A stretch of DNA of 40,905 nucleotides from Deltaproteobacteria bacterium (GTDB lineage: Bacteria; JAEEML01). The notes below the pieces were generated by a model. The model was not told the DNA's origin and did no database searches. It worked only from the letters and a program-made list of their open reading frames with translations. The stretch lies in the NCBI GenBank assembly GCA_016283195.1, contig JAEEML010000040.1, forward strand, positions 1-40,905, in the 5' to 3' direction. Each line of letters begins with the position of its first letter. Position 1 is the stretch's first letter. The position numbers and the translations under genes were made by a program. Positions 1 to 9,113 of this stretch are shown here, piece by piece.

Positions 1-1675
1 CCTGATCCACATCGAGCGCAATTATGCTGGGCGGGGCCAGCTTTTCCTCTATTTGGCTATAAATAATAAGCGCCAAAAGTAGGCTAAAAGCGCCGGCAAA
101 AAGCCACTTATTGGCTCTATTGGCTCTTAGGTGTAGCCCCAAAATGGCCGAGAGATAATAGAGAATAGCGCCTAAAAAAGTAAAATGCGGGTTAGGTAGT
201 GGCGGCAAATTAAGGCTATTTATAAATATGGCAATTTGGTCAATAATATAAGCAAGATACCCAGAGATGAGCGCTGCCATATCGGCAGCCCACGGCCAAA
301 ACGGGCTGATAAAGGCGCCCACTGAACCTGTGGCTACCAGTAGAGCTGCCGGCGGGATGGTAACAAGGCTACTAAAGAGGCCGGCCCAGGAGCTTAGGCC
401 AAAAAAGTAATTGCTTAAGGGCATGGTAGCCAGAGTTGCCACGATAGAGACACAAAATAGCCCCCAAAAATAGCGAAATATTGGCCAAAAGCGCCCCTTT
501 TTGAGCGGGCACCAGCTTAAAAAGGGGCGAGCCAAAATGAGCCCACCGGCGGCGGCGAAAGAGAGCAAAAAGCCGGGGCTAAAGAGCGCCACCGGCTCAT
601 AGAGCAAAATAATGAGAGCGGCTGTGGCCAGGTTATTGAGGGCGGCCGAGGAGCGCCCAAGAGCTAGGCCAGAAAAGACCAGGCCGGCCATGATGCCGGC
701 GCGTACTGTGGACCAGGAGGCGCCGGTAAAGAGCACATAAAAGACTAAAAAGAGCAGCACGCCTATAGCCGCCGCCTTTTGCGCCGGTAAGCCGCGCGGC
801 AAGCGCCAAAGCGAGAAGAGCATTTTAAAAAGAAAATAAATAAGCCCCAAAGTAAAGCCCACATGGAGGCCGGAAACAGCCAAAAGATGGGAAGTTCCGG
901 CCTGGGCATGGCGCGCACCGATAGCGCTGTCACGCTCGTCTTTTAGCCCTAAAATCATGGCTTTACTTATAATGGCGCTGGCTTTATCCGGCGCCATAGC
1001 GCTTAAGCGGGCACCGTAATTATGGCGAAAGTTTTCCAGTTTTTGGCGCAACCTAGCCATAAATGAGCTTTTACTATCTAGCGGCGCGGCCGTTATAGCG
1101 CGCAAAGAATAATGAATGCCCTCCATCTTTTCCGCCCGGGAAAAATCATGTTGCCCAAAATTGCGGCTTTGGTGAATTTCCCTTAAAGTGCCCCAAAGTG
1201 TTACCCGGCTATTACTTAGCCAAGTGCCGGGCGGCAAAGAGAGGCGCACTTTAAAAGGCTCTGGTTTGAGTTTCATATTTTTGAGGCAGAGTGAATCGGA
1301 AACTGTGGCTGTAGTTTGGTAATAAATCTCACCAGTTAAGCTTATGTGCTTTTGCGGCACTTCGTTGATGGTAATAAGCCACTCTACCGGCTTTTCCCGG
1401 CACTCCCTGGGCAGAGTGATTTGGGTTTCTGCTTTTTGGCGCAAAAGCTTGCCGCCAAGCAGCCCGAGCGCCCCAAAAGAAAGAGCAACAGTCAGCGGCA
1501 ACAAAATGGCTATCTTGTTATTTTTAGGCCACTTTTCATGGGCTAACGAGGTGGCGGCCAGGGCCAGTAAAGGCGGAATAAGAAGCCAATAGAGCGGTAT
1601 AGTAAACTCCGCAAGAGAAGCCAGATAAAGACTAAAAGCGAGGGCCAGAGCCGGTATTAAAAAAGGACAAGGCAT
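1..1675 (-). CDS. comEC: DNA internalization competence protein ComEC/Rec2 (3' end runs off window)
   Basis: Not in ORF track; translated by hand from ATG 1675 (MPCPFLIPALA). Same frame gives GTSHLLAVSGLHVG (~857-898) and IALDVDQG at the window edge (start of metallo-beta-lactamase domain). Confidence 0.9.
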   Translation of the reverse strand, partial: MPCPFLIPALALAFSLYLASLAEFTIPLYWLLIPPLLALAATSLAHEKWPKNNKIAILLPLTVALSFGALGLLGGKLLRQKAETQITLPRECREKPVEWLITINEVPQKHISLTGEIYYQTTATVSDSLCLKNMKLKPEPFKVRLSLPPGTWLSNSRVTLWGTLREIHQSRNFGQHDFSRAEKMEGIHYSLRAITAAPLDSKSSFMARLRQKLENFRHNYGARLSAMAPDKASAIISKAMILGLKDERDSAIGARHAQAGTSHLLAVSGLHVGFTLGLIYFLFKMLFSLWRLPRGLPAQKAAAIGVLLFLVFYVLFTGASWSTVRAGIMAGLVFSGLALGRSSAALNNLATAALIILLYEPVALFSPGFLLSFAAAGGLILARPFLSWCPLKKGRFWPIFRYFWGLFCVSIVATLATMPLSNYFFGLSSWAGLFSSLVTIPPAALLVATGSVGAFISPFWPWAADMAALISGYLAYIIDQIAIFINSLNLPPLPNPHFTFLGAILYYLSAILGLHLRANRANKWLFAGAFSLLLALIIYSQIEEKLAPPSIIALDVDQ

Positions 1676-1681
1676 GAGGGC

Positions 1682-1711
1682 CTTTTAGCCTGTAATAACT
1701 CCGGCTGTCAA
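1682..1711 (-). promoter_or_regulatory. Putative sigma70 promoter for comEC, possibly leaderless
   Basis: TTGACA-18-TAAAAG on the minus strand; ATG 6 nt after the -10; no SD. Confidence 0.4.
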
Positions 1712-1982
1712 GGTGGAAAGAAGATGTGGACTGTTTTTAGTCTGCTATAGTTTACTGACAAAAATGTCGCATTTTAGCTGCACGCCGGCTGGCGTAAATA
1801 GCGAATCATAGCTGGATAGAAAATATAACAGCTTAATATTATTGCTAAAATTGAATAGGAATTTACCTCGGCGCTGTTTGGCACAGTTTTTGCAATAGTT
1901 ATATTTGTTGCCGGCTGCTGGTAGGCTTTTGGCAATTTGGCCGATAAATTGATATAAGGCTTTTTTAAGCAAGGTGAAGACG

Positions 1983-2117
1983 ATGTTAGCAAAATTTTTT
2001 AAAGGATTAATACCGCTAAAAGTATTAATTATGTGTGGAGTTGCAATTTTAGTGTTTGCCTGGCTGGCCCTAAAAATTCCGCAATCGGCTTTGCGTGTTT
2101 TTAAGGTTTTACAGTAA
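1983..2117 (+). CDS. Small 44-aa single-TM hypothetical protein
   Basis: MLAKFFKGLIPLKVLIMCGVAILVFAWLALKIPQSALRVFKVLQ; SD AAGGTG at 1971-1976; TGaTATAAG at 1950-1958. Confidence 0.45.
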   Translation: MLAKFFKGLIPLKVLIMCGVAILVFAWLALKIPQSALRVFKVLQ

Positions 2118-2392
2118 TTAGCGAAAATTATTGCATTTCCAAATCTCGATTTTTCTTAACTGCGCTACCCGTTTTTGTTCGCTACTATTTCGTGATTTTA
2201 TTCTGTTTGTGGGGAAACCTCCGCTACTTCCGAAGCTCTTTTTTAGGCGGGAAGGAAAACCTCACTTGTTGCGTTTGCGCTGATTTGCCGGCATTCCGCG
2301 CTCCGGGCTCTGTAGCTAAATTATCATACGTTTTAAATGGTTCTTCCCATCCATTCGTAAAAATGGAGAGAGGGGCTAGGGGTGAGGGCGCC

Positions 2393-3328
2393 CTAGTCCT
2401 TAATGCAGCGGACAGAAATAGAGTAATTATCAGCAGCGTTTGAGTTTACTATGACTGTTTCGTTGGAATCGCCCTCTAATTGTAGTTCTATTCCATAGGT
2501 ATGAACCTCGGTACCGTCGTTTCCTCCTTCTGTTGCGGTTCCATGGAAGAAGGCCTCATAACCAACTGGTATATAGACGTCTTCATCACGCTCTGTAAAA
2601 TAATAACCAGCAGGCAGGGCAGAAAAATTAAACGCATCAGTTCCTGCATTGTTGGAGTTTTCCCAGAGAACACTTTTAGCAATAAGAGCCAGGAAGGCGT
2701 TGTCCGCTTGGCTTTCAACATATGATACCAGGTTGCTAAAATCTACTTCTGTCGGCAAGTGCCAACCAGTAGGACACACTTTTAAGGCATCTTCCCAGGT
2801 GTAGAGGCAGCCAAACTGTTCTACAAAATTGGCAACGCCACCTTCTTCGGGGTCGGTATTAGCTGTGCAAGTGACTTGGCTGCCGTCTGTTGCTTGGTCG
2901 GTAGCCATATTTTCGGCCATCCAGACTTGGTTGTCGATTTTGGTTACTTTATAAAGCCTGCCTTTGCTATCTGCCATGCTATCACAGTTTTTCCCGGCAT
3001 AGCCGGCCTCGCATGAAGAGCACTCGCCATTGCCATCTTTGCCATCTTTGCAGGTGCCGTTTTGGCAGGTGCAAGGTTTACACTCTGCGCCAAATTGGCC
3101 AGCTTTGCAGGTTTTCTGATTCTCATCGCTTGCAGCATCACTCTGGCCGTCACTATCGCTACTCGCGTCTTTGTCTTTGTCCTTGTCCTCGCCTTTTGGG
3201 CTATCACTCGGCTTTTGCTGCTCATTACCTGGTGTAGCCGGTTTTTCTTCTTCATGGTTACCGCAGCCGATAGCCAAAAAGAGGGCCAGCCCGGCAAAAA
3301 GAAGGATGTTTTTACATTTTTTCATCAT
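2393..3328 (-). CDS. FISUMP (Fib_succ_major) domain lipoprotein with EGF-like Cys module
   Basis: Lipobox AIGC; WMAEN, GCLYTW, CPTGWHLP, FSALPAG, SVRCIKD motifs; SD AAGGAG. Confidence 0.88.
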   Translation of the reverse strand: MMKKCKNILLFAGLALFLAIGCGNHEEEKPATPGNEQQKPSDSPKGEDKDKDKDASSDSDGQSDAASDENQKTCKAGQFGAECKPCTCQNGTCKDGKDGNGECSSCEAGYAGKNCDSMADSKGRLYKVTKIDNQVWMAENMATDQATDGSQVTCTANTDPEEGGVANFVEQFGCLYTWEDALKVCPTGWHLPTEVDFSNLVSYVESQADNAFLALIAKSVLWENSNNAGTDAFNFSALPAGYYFTERDEDVYIPVGYEAFFHGTATEGGNDGTEVHTYGIELQLEGDSNETVIVNSNAADNYSISVRCIKD

Positions 3329-3442
3329 ATTTCTCCTTGGCGCAAAAGCGCATAACGCACCGCTATTGGTGCAAAATTATTAAAGAAATTATAAATTGTG
3401 GATTGAGGAAAAATTAAATATGTGTTAAGATTAAATAAAGCG

Positions 3443-3479
3443 ACTGAACTGAACTGAACTGAACTGAACTGAACTGAAC
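3443..3479. repeat. Pentanucleotide microsatellite (ACTGA)7
   Basis: Seven perfect ACTGA units at 3443-3477 plus AC, between divergent lipoprotein genes. Confidence 0.97.
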
Positions 3480-3734
3480 ATGATGTACATACCCTTAAAA
3501 GCCCGTAAAAGCTAGGGGAGTAAGTAGCACAAGCTGGGAGAACTTAGCAAGGGGGAAAAGCGGCGGAGCGGACAAGTAAAATTTATCATCGTGTTTTTGC
3601 GGGCAAAATCTAAAAAGCCTGGGAAAGCGGATTGCCTAAAAGTTAAGACCTCTGCTAAAGTGCTGCCGCGTTGGCCTTAGATATACCATGACGGCTAAGG
3701 TAGCGCGTAAGACACTTTAAAGAAAGGCTAACGT

Positions 3735-4391
3735 ATGAAAAAAGCTTTAATATTTATGGGGATTATGGCACTCCTTGCCAGCGGTTGCGGTAATGCGGAT
3801 TGCGAAACGGCCGACGGCACCCTGGGTACAGTTAAAATCGGCGATTATGAGTACAAAACCACCGTTATAAACTGCCAGACCATGATGGCCGAGAATATGC
3901 GCTCGTCGGCAGCCGACACGACAAACGGCATTTACGCCCCCGGCGGCCGAGAAGAAAATGTGGCCACCTATGGGCATCTTTATACCTGGGAGGCCGCTCT
4001 TAAAGTTTGCCCCAACGGCTGGCATTTGCCGTCTAAAAAGGAATTTAGCCAACTACTGCGTTATGTCAAACGCAACGCCAAGACGGAGAATGTTTGGCAA
4101 GCTTTGGTAGCCAAAGAAACTACCTGGACCAATATTTCCAATCAAGGAACCGATGAATTTGCTTTTGCTGCTCTGCCGGCGGGCTACTACGACGCGAGTC
4201 TGGCGGGTAATTACGGCGGCTTCGGCAGCGGCGCTTATTTTTGGGCGGCTACTGAGGAAGACAGTGAATTTGCCTATAGATTATCGCTTTACAGCATGGT
4301 CAATGATATGTCGTACTATGGTGTCCACGATGTAGATAGCGACGACAAAACTTTTGGCCAGTCGGTTCGTTGCTTTAAAGATGAAGAGTGA
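3735..4391 (+). CDS. FISUMP domain lipoprotein
   Basis: Lipobox ASGC; MAENM, YGHLYTW, CPNGWHLPS, FAALPAG, SVRCFKD. Confidence 0.88.
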   Translation: MKKALIFMGIMALLASGCGNADCETADGTLGTVKIGDYEYKTTVINCQTMMAENMRSSAADTTNGIYAPGGREENVATYGHLYTWEAALKVCPNGWHLPSKKEFSQLLRYVKRNAKTENVWQALVAKETTWTNISNQGTDEFAFAALPAGYYDASLAGNYGGFGSGAYFWAATEEDSEFAYRLSLYSMVNDMSYYGVHDVDSDDKTFGQSVRCFKDEE

Positions 4392-4436
4392 TATGAACTG
4401 TACCCCATTTAGCAGACTGTCCAAGCTGTTCCAGAC

Positions 4437-4515
4437 TGTGTCACCTGACACACTGTTGACACACTTTTGATATACCTGACACATTTTTGACACACCTGAC
4501 ACACTTTTGATACAC
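4437..4515. repeat. Array of seven TGAYAYAY direct repeats headed by a TGTGTCA-CC-TGACACA palindrome
   Basis: Units start at 4446, 4457, 4468, 4477, 4488, 4497, 4508 (spacing 11,11,9,11,9,11). Confidence 0.9.
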
Positions 4516-4643
4516 TGTCCCAAAACAGCACAAAGCAGAAAAAAACTCTATAATTACGCGCTCTTGCCTGAGATTGCAATTTTGGCATGGAATTTGCCTA
4601 AAAAAACGCAACACCAGCTAAATGGTGAGAAAAGGAGCAACTT

Positions 4644-5714
4644 ATGCGCATTCGAGTCACTAATGATGTCATCTTTCGGGCCCTCTTTGGCAATCCGGCC
4701 CACAAAGAGGTGCTTCTCGCCTTAATCAATGCCGTTCTTGGCGATAGCGGGTCAGAACTCATAAGGAGTATTGAGATTGTCTCGCCTTATAACCTCCCGG
4801 AAGTCTATAAGGCCAAGGAGAGCATTTGCGATATTAAAGCCATAAGCGAAAGCGGAAAGATTATCGACATTGAAATGCAGATGCTAAGAAAAGCCGATTA
4901 CATCGACCGCTCCATTTATTACTGCGCCCATAATTTAAGCTCCCAGCTTGAAAGAGGTAAATCTTACGGCGAACTGCACCAGGTAATCTGCATCAGCATT
5001 CTGGACTTTGAACTCTTTCCGGACGATGAAGAGCCCCATCATACCGCTCAGATGGTTGACCGCATAACCGGGAAGCCGCTAAGTGAAAAGATGGCTATTC
5101 ACTTTCTGGAGCTCCAAAAAGCGGAAAAATATGCTAATATTACAGCCGAACTTGCCGCTTGGGTGCGTTTTTTTGCCCACGCGCACGAGGAGAATTACAT
5201 GGAAAGCGCGGTTTCGGCCATCGGTGAGGCCCATAGCTTTTACCTGGAATTACTGAATAACACCAAGCTGGTAGGAGTGGCTGCCGACCGTGAACGGGCT
5301 TATCGTGACTGGATATCGCTGATTAAGAATAAAGAAAAGGATGATAAGAGAATTGCCGAAGCCAAGGAAAAGATAGCCGAAGACGAGAAAAAGATAGCTG
5401 AAGCCGAGAAAAAGATAGCCGAAGACGAGAAAAAGATAGCTGAAGCCGAGAAAGAGATAGCTGAAGGTAAGAAAGAGATAGCTGAAGGTAAGAAAGAGAT
5501 AGCTGAAGGTAAGAAAGAGATAGACTTAGTGCGAATTCAGCTTGAGCAAGAGCAAGCTGAGTTGCAAATACAAAGACAAACTATTGAAGAACAAGCAAGA
5601 CAAGAAAAAGCACTGGAAGCAGCTAAAAAGATGCTGGCTCTAAACATGGAGACTGCCACCATCTCCGCTGTAACTGGCCTTTCTGTAAGCGATATTGACG
5701 CTCTAAAGTGCTAA
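4644..5714 (+). CDS. Rpn family recombination-promoting nuclease / putative transposase (PD-(D/E)XK)
   Basis: NDVIFRALFG, CDIKA..IDIEMQ, RSIYY, ISILDF, IHFLEL and C-terminal AKKML..ISAVTGLS motifs; SD AAGGAG. Confidence 0.9.
   Translation: MRIRVTNDVIFRALFGNPAHKEVLLALINAVLGDSGSELIRSIEIVSPYNLPEVYKAKESICDIKAISESGKIIDIEMQMLRKADYIDRSIYYCAHNLSSQLERGKSYGELHQVICISILDFELFPDDEEPHHTAQMVDRITGKPLSEKMAIHFLELQKAEKYANITAELAAWVRFFAHAHEENYMESAVSAIGEAHSFYLELLNNTKLVGVAADRERAYRDWISLIKNKEKDDKRIAEAKEKIAEDEKKIAEAEKKIAEDEKKIAEAEKEIAEGKKEIAEGKKEIAEGKKEIDLVRIQLEQEQAELQIQRQTIEEQARQEKALEAAKKMLALNMETATISAVTGLSVSDIDALKC
5352..5519 (+). repeat. Intragenic 21-bp tandem repeat x8 (IAExxKx heptads)
   Basis: Units encode IAEAKEK, IAEDEKK, IAEAEKK, IAEDEKK, IAEAEKE and IAEGKKE x3. 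Confidence 0.95.
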
Positions 5715-5798
5715 AAAGCTATTTGCGCTTAAAAGACCGCCGAGTGCCGGGGTAGTAGCAATCTCATCCACCATGGTTATTCCTCAGGCAAAGAACAG

Positions 5799-6704
5799 CT
5801 AGCCCTTAACCGCCCCGGCGGTGAGGCCGGAAACGAGATTTCTTTGCAAAGCAAAGAAGAGAGCCATAACGGGAATGGAGACGATGAGGGCGCCGGCGGC
5901 AAAGTGGCCCCAATCGACAGAATATTCGCCGATGAATTGCTGCAGCATCACTGGCAAGGTGTAAGAAGTTTCGTTGCTCATAAAGGTAGCGGCCAAAATA
6001 AATTCATTCCAGCCGGTCATAAAAGAGAAGAGGAAGGTGACGGCCAGAGCCGGCTTGCAAAGGGGCATGACAATTTGCCAAAAGACCCGAAAATGGCTGG
6101 CTCCGTCGATAATGGCCGCCTCTTCCAGCTCTTTGGGAATGGTATCGAAATAGCCCTTTAAATTCCACACACAGAAGGGAATGGAAGTAGTGGAATATAC
6201 AAGAATAAGTCCCAGCATTTGGTCCAGAAGACCCAATTTTTCAATAATGATATAAAGAGGGATCATCATCATGGTGCCGGGGAACATCTGGGTGACCAAA
6301 AAGGCCATGAGCCCGGCTCTTTGCCCGGGGAATTTAAAGCGGCTAAAGGCATAAGCGGCGGTGCAAGCCAAAAGAATACCCATGAGGGCGGTGGCAATGG
6401 AGACCACCAGGCTGTTAAAGAGCTGGCGGCCAAAGAGCCAAACCTCTTTATCTTCGGTGATTTTTGTCTCTTCGCCTTTATCGTTGGTAATGACCTTTTC
6501 CACCTTGATATTTTTGCTGCTGGTGAGCACCTCTTTAAAATTTTTGAGCGAAAACTCGGTGGGGAAGGGATTTACCGAGAGGTTAAAATTATTGCTGGTA
6601 CCCAGGGCAATTTGCACCACTTTTAACACCGGGAAGATGGTGATAAAGGTAAAGCAAATCAGGAAGATGTGCACAAAGATGAATTTAACTTTTTGCTTAT
6701 TCAT
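5799..6704 (-). CDS. Sugar ABC transporter permease (MalG-like)
   Basis: EAA loop IPKELEEAAIIDGAS; multiple TM segments; C-terminal GLTAGAVKG. Confidence 0.93.
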   Translation of the reverse strand: MNKQKVKFIFVHIFLICFTFITIFPVLKVVQIALGTSNNFNLSVNPFPTEFSLKNFKEVLTSSKNIKVEKVITNDKGEETKITEDKEVWLFGRQLFNSLVVSIATALMGILLACTAAYAFSRFKFPGQRAGLMAFLVTQMFPGTMMMIPLYIIIEKLGLLDQMLGLILVYSTTSIPFCVWNLKGYFDTIPKELEEAAIIDGASHFRVFWQIVMPLCKPALAVTFLFSFMTGWNEFILAATFMSNETSYTLPVMLQQFIGEYSVDWGHFAAGALIVSIPVMALFFALQRNLVSGLTAGAVKG

Positions 6705-6707
6705 GGC

Positions 6708-8966
6708 TTATCTCCCCGACCCTTCCGTGCCTTTGGTCACCCGGTTGGTAACTTGTGAATATAAGAACAAAATAAAGAAGATGATGATGGAATAGGCGGC
6801 GGCGTAACCGTAGCGGTTGCCGCGCTCGAAGGCCCAGCGGTAGGCCTCGGAAATGAGGATATCGGTGGCTCCGCCCGGCGCGCCCTTGGAGACCAAATAG
6901 ATGACGTTGAACTGATTAAAGGTCCAAACGGTGCTCAAAATGATGGAGGGGAAGAGAGCCGGCTTTAAAAGCGGCAGAGTAATATGGCGGAATTGTTGCC
7001 ATTTACTGGCGCCGTCCACCTTGGCCGCTTCGTAAAGGTCTGAAGGGATAGATTGCAAAGCGCCCAGAGAGACCACCATCATAAAGGGGAAGCCCAGCCA
7101 GCAGTTGGTGGCCAGGTTGGTGAGAAAAGCGGTGCCGGTATTGGCCCACCAGTCGATATTCAGGCCAAAGATGTGGTTGATGACGCCGTAGCGCTGGTCA
7201 AACATACCGCGCCAGATGATGGCGGTGATGTAGCTGGGGACAGCCCAAGGAATGATGAGCAGCACGCGGTAGATACCTTTAAATTTAAGCAGCGGCTCCT
7301 TCAAAATGAGGGCGAGAGCGAGGCCTACAGCCACGGTAATCACCAGGTTGGAGACGGTCCAGGCGATGGTGATTAAGAGTTTATAATAAAAGTTGTAATT
7401 ATCGGGGAAGGGATATTCGCCGGAAAAGAGAATATCAATAAAGTTTTTAATGCCTATGTAGTAGTAATCATTTTGGAAATAGCGGAAAAAGGCTAAAGAG
7501 ATGGCATAGACAAAGGGAATAAAGACCACCAGCCCCATGGAGATGACTGTTGGCGCTATGTAGCCGTAAGCAAAGATATTTTCCCTAATATCTTTGAAGA
7601 ATTTTTTGGTTTTTTCTTTCCTGACAATGGCATAGGCGATGAGGGCGATTAAAAGGAGGCCAAACAGTATGGCGATATGGCAGATAAAGGTGCCGATGCC
7701 GTTATCGCCTTTATCTTTGAGCGCCTGGCCCTCATCCTGGGCGATGATGTAATGTTCCACGGTGCGCTGGCATTTATTGAGCGCTGCTTCCGGAGTGCTT
7801 TTGTCGTTAATCACCTCAGCGAGAGCCAGGTCATAAGGGGCCCAAATAAGCCCCATAATGGGGATATTGGGCATGGGTACGGCATTTTCCATCTGGTGCA
7901 TAAAGGTGCTGACAATTTGGTCGTTTTTTACTTCCGGGCGCTCGTAAATGGCTTTATTAGCTACAGTTTGGTGGCCCTTTTCCTGGCGAATCTGGGCGGC
8001 CCAGTCGCTGGTTAAGGCGTTCATAACTTTGACGGCGGCCAGCGGTTTTTGCGTGGTTTTGGAGAGCAAAAAGGCCTCAGCGCCTAAGAGGGGCTGGGCT
8101 CTTTTGCCGCTCTCGCTGATAACCGGTAAGAGGGCCAGGCCGTAATCGACATTTTTATTAATTTCTGACAAAAACCAGGGGCCGGAGATGACCATGGCCG
8201 CCTTGCCTTCATTAAAAAGCGAAGTGATTTGGTAACCTTGGATGCCCTTGGGCACCACCGGATCGGCCGGATCGATGAGCGTTTTCATAAAGCGCAGGGC
8301 CTCGGCGTGGGCTTTGGTATTTAAAACGGCCTTATGGCCCTCAAAAAACTCCCCGCCAAAGCCGAAAATCCAGGGGGCGTGGGAATAGAACTTGCCCACT
8401 TCATAAACCAGGCCAAAGCGGTTTTCTGCGTTTTTAGTAAATTTTTTGGCCAAAGTAATCATCTCGGCCGAAGTTTCCGGCGGATTATCAATGAGCTTTT
8501 TGTTATAAAAGAGAGCCAGACTCTTAAAGGTGGTGGGGAGGCCGTAAAGCTCATTTTCAAAAGTTAAAGCTTCCATGGTTTTAGGGAAGAAGCGGCTATC
8601 CAGATCGGTTACGCCGTCCAGCTGTTTTAAATAAGAATCAATGGGCTGAATGCGCTTATTCACTGCCCAATCGCCCACGCGGTCGTGGGCAAAGATAAAA
8701 ATATCCGGCCCGGTGCCGTGGGGAATAGCCGAATCGAGCTTGCTGGCAAAAGCTTCATTGGGAATGGAGAGCACTTCCACGGCTATCTCTTTTTGGCTCT
8801 TATTATAGGCTTCGACCGTGGCTTCAAGTGCCGCTTTTTCAGCATCGCGGTATGAATGCCAAAGCCTGATAATTACTTGGGAATTTTGTGATTCATCGGC
8901 CTGAGCCGAGGGCCAGGCAAAGAGCGTAACGAGCAGAGCCACAGCGAATCTTAAGAAGCGCGTCAT
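6708..8966 (-). CDS. Fused sugar-binding protein (MalE-like) and ABC permease (MalF-like)
   Basis: Start moved to ATG 8966 (SD GGGAG; signal peptide ending AQA). SBP motifs GPDIFIFAHD, GKAAMVISGPW; C-terminal EAA loop DLYEAAKVDGAS. Confidence 0.9.
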   Translation of the reverse strand: MTRFLRFAVALLVTLFAWPSAQADESQNSQVIIRLWHSYRDAEKAALEATVEAYNKSQKEIAVEVLSIPNEAFASKLDSAIPHGTGPDIFIFAHDRVGDWAVNKRIQPIDSYLKQLDGVTDLDSRFFPKTMEALTFENELYGLPTTFKSLALFYNKKLIDNPPETSAEMITLAKKFTKNAENRFGLVYEVGKFYSHAPWIFGFGGEFFEGHKAVLNTKAHAEALRFMKTLIDPADPVVPKGIQGYQITSLFNEGKAAMVISGPWFLSEINKNVDYGLALLPVISESGKRAQPLLGAEAFLLSKTTQKPLAAVKVMNALTSDWAAQIRQEKGHQTVANKAIYERPEVKNDQIVSTFMHQMENAVPMPNIPIMGLIWAPYDLALAEVINDKSTPEAALNKCQRTVEHYIIAQDEGQALKDKGDNGIGTFICHIAILFGLLLIALIAYAIVRKEKTKKFFKDIRENIFAYGYIAPTVISMGLVVFIPFVYAISLAFFRYFQNDYYYIGIKNFIDILFSGEYPFPDNYNFYYKLLITIAWTVSNLVITVAVGLALALILKEPLLKFKGIYRVLLIIPWAVPSYITAIIWRGMFDQRYGVINHIFGLNIDWWANTGTAFLTNLATNCWLGFPFMMVVSLGALQSIPSDLYEAAKVDGASKWQQFRHITLPLLKPALFPSIILSTVWTFNQFNVIYLVSKGAPGGATDILISEAYRWAFERGNRYGYAAAYSIIIFFILFLYSQVTNRVTKGTEGSGR

Positions 8967-9113
8967 AACAGAATCTCCCGCAGATAGGCACCAAAGCCGC
9001 CTAAGCGTTATAGCCCGCCGGAGTCGTAACTGCAAGCGCTTAGATGGGGAAATTGTGGCCACCACGTTAATTTTGGGCGGCTTTAGGCGGCTAGGACATT
9101 GAGGGTAAAGGTG

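Noticed and set aside
2366-2395. GGAGAGAGGGGCTAGGGGTGAGGGC, resembling half of a REP-like CCCTCTCCC/GGGAGAGGG element
   Set aside because: Single degenerate copy without a clear partner arm; a genome-wide search is needed.
4437-4515. Possible CRISPR array
   Set aside because: Repeats are 8 bp with 1-3 bp gaps, no unique spacers and no cas genes.
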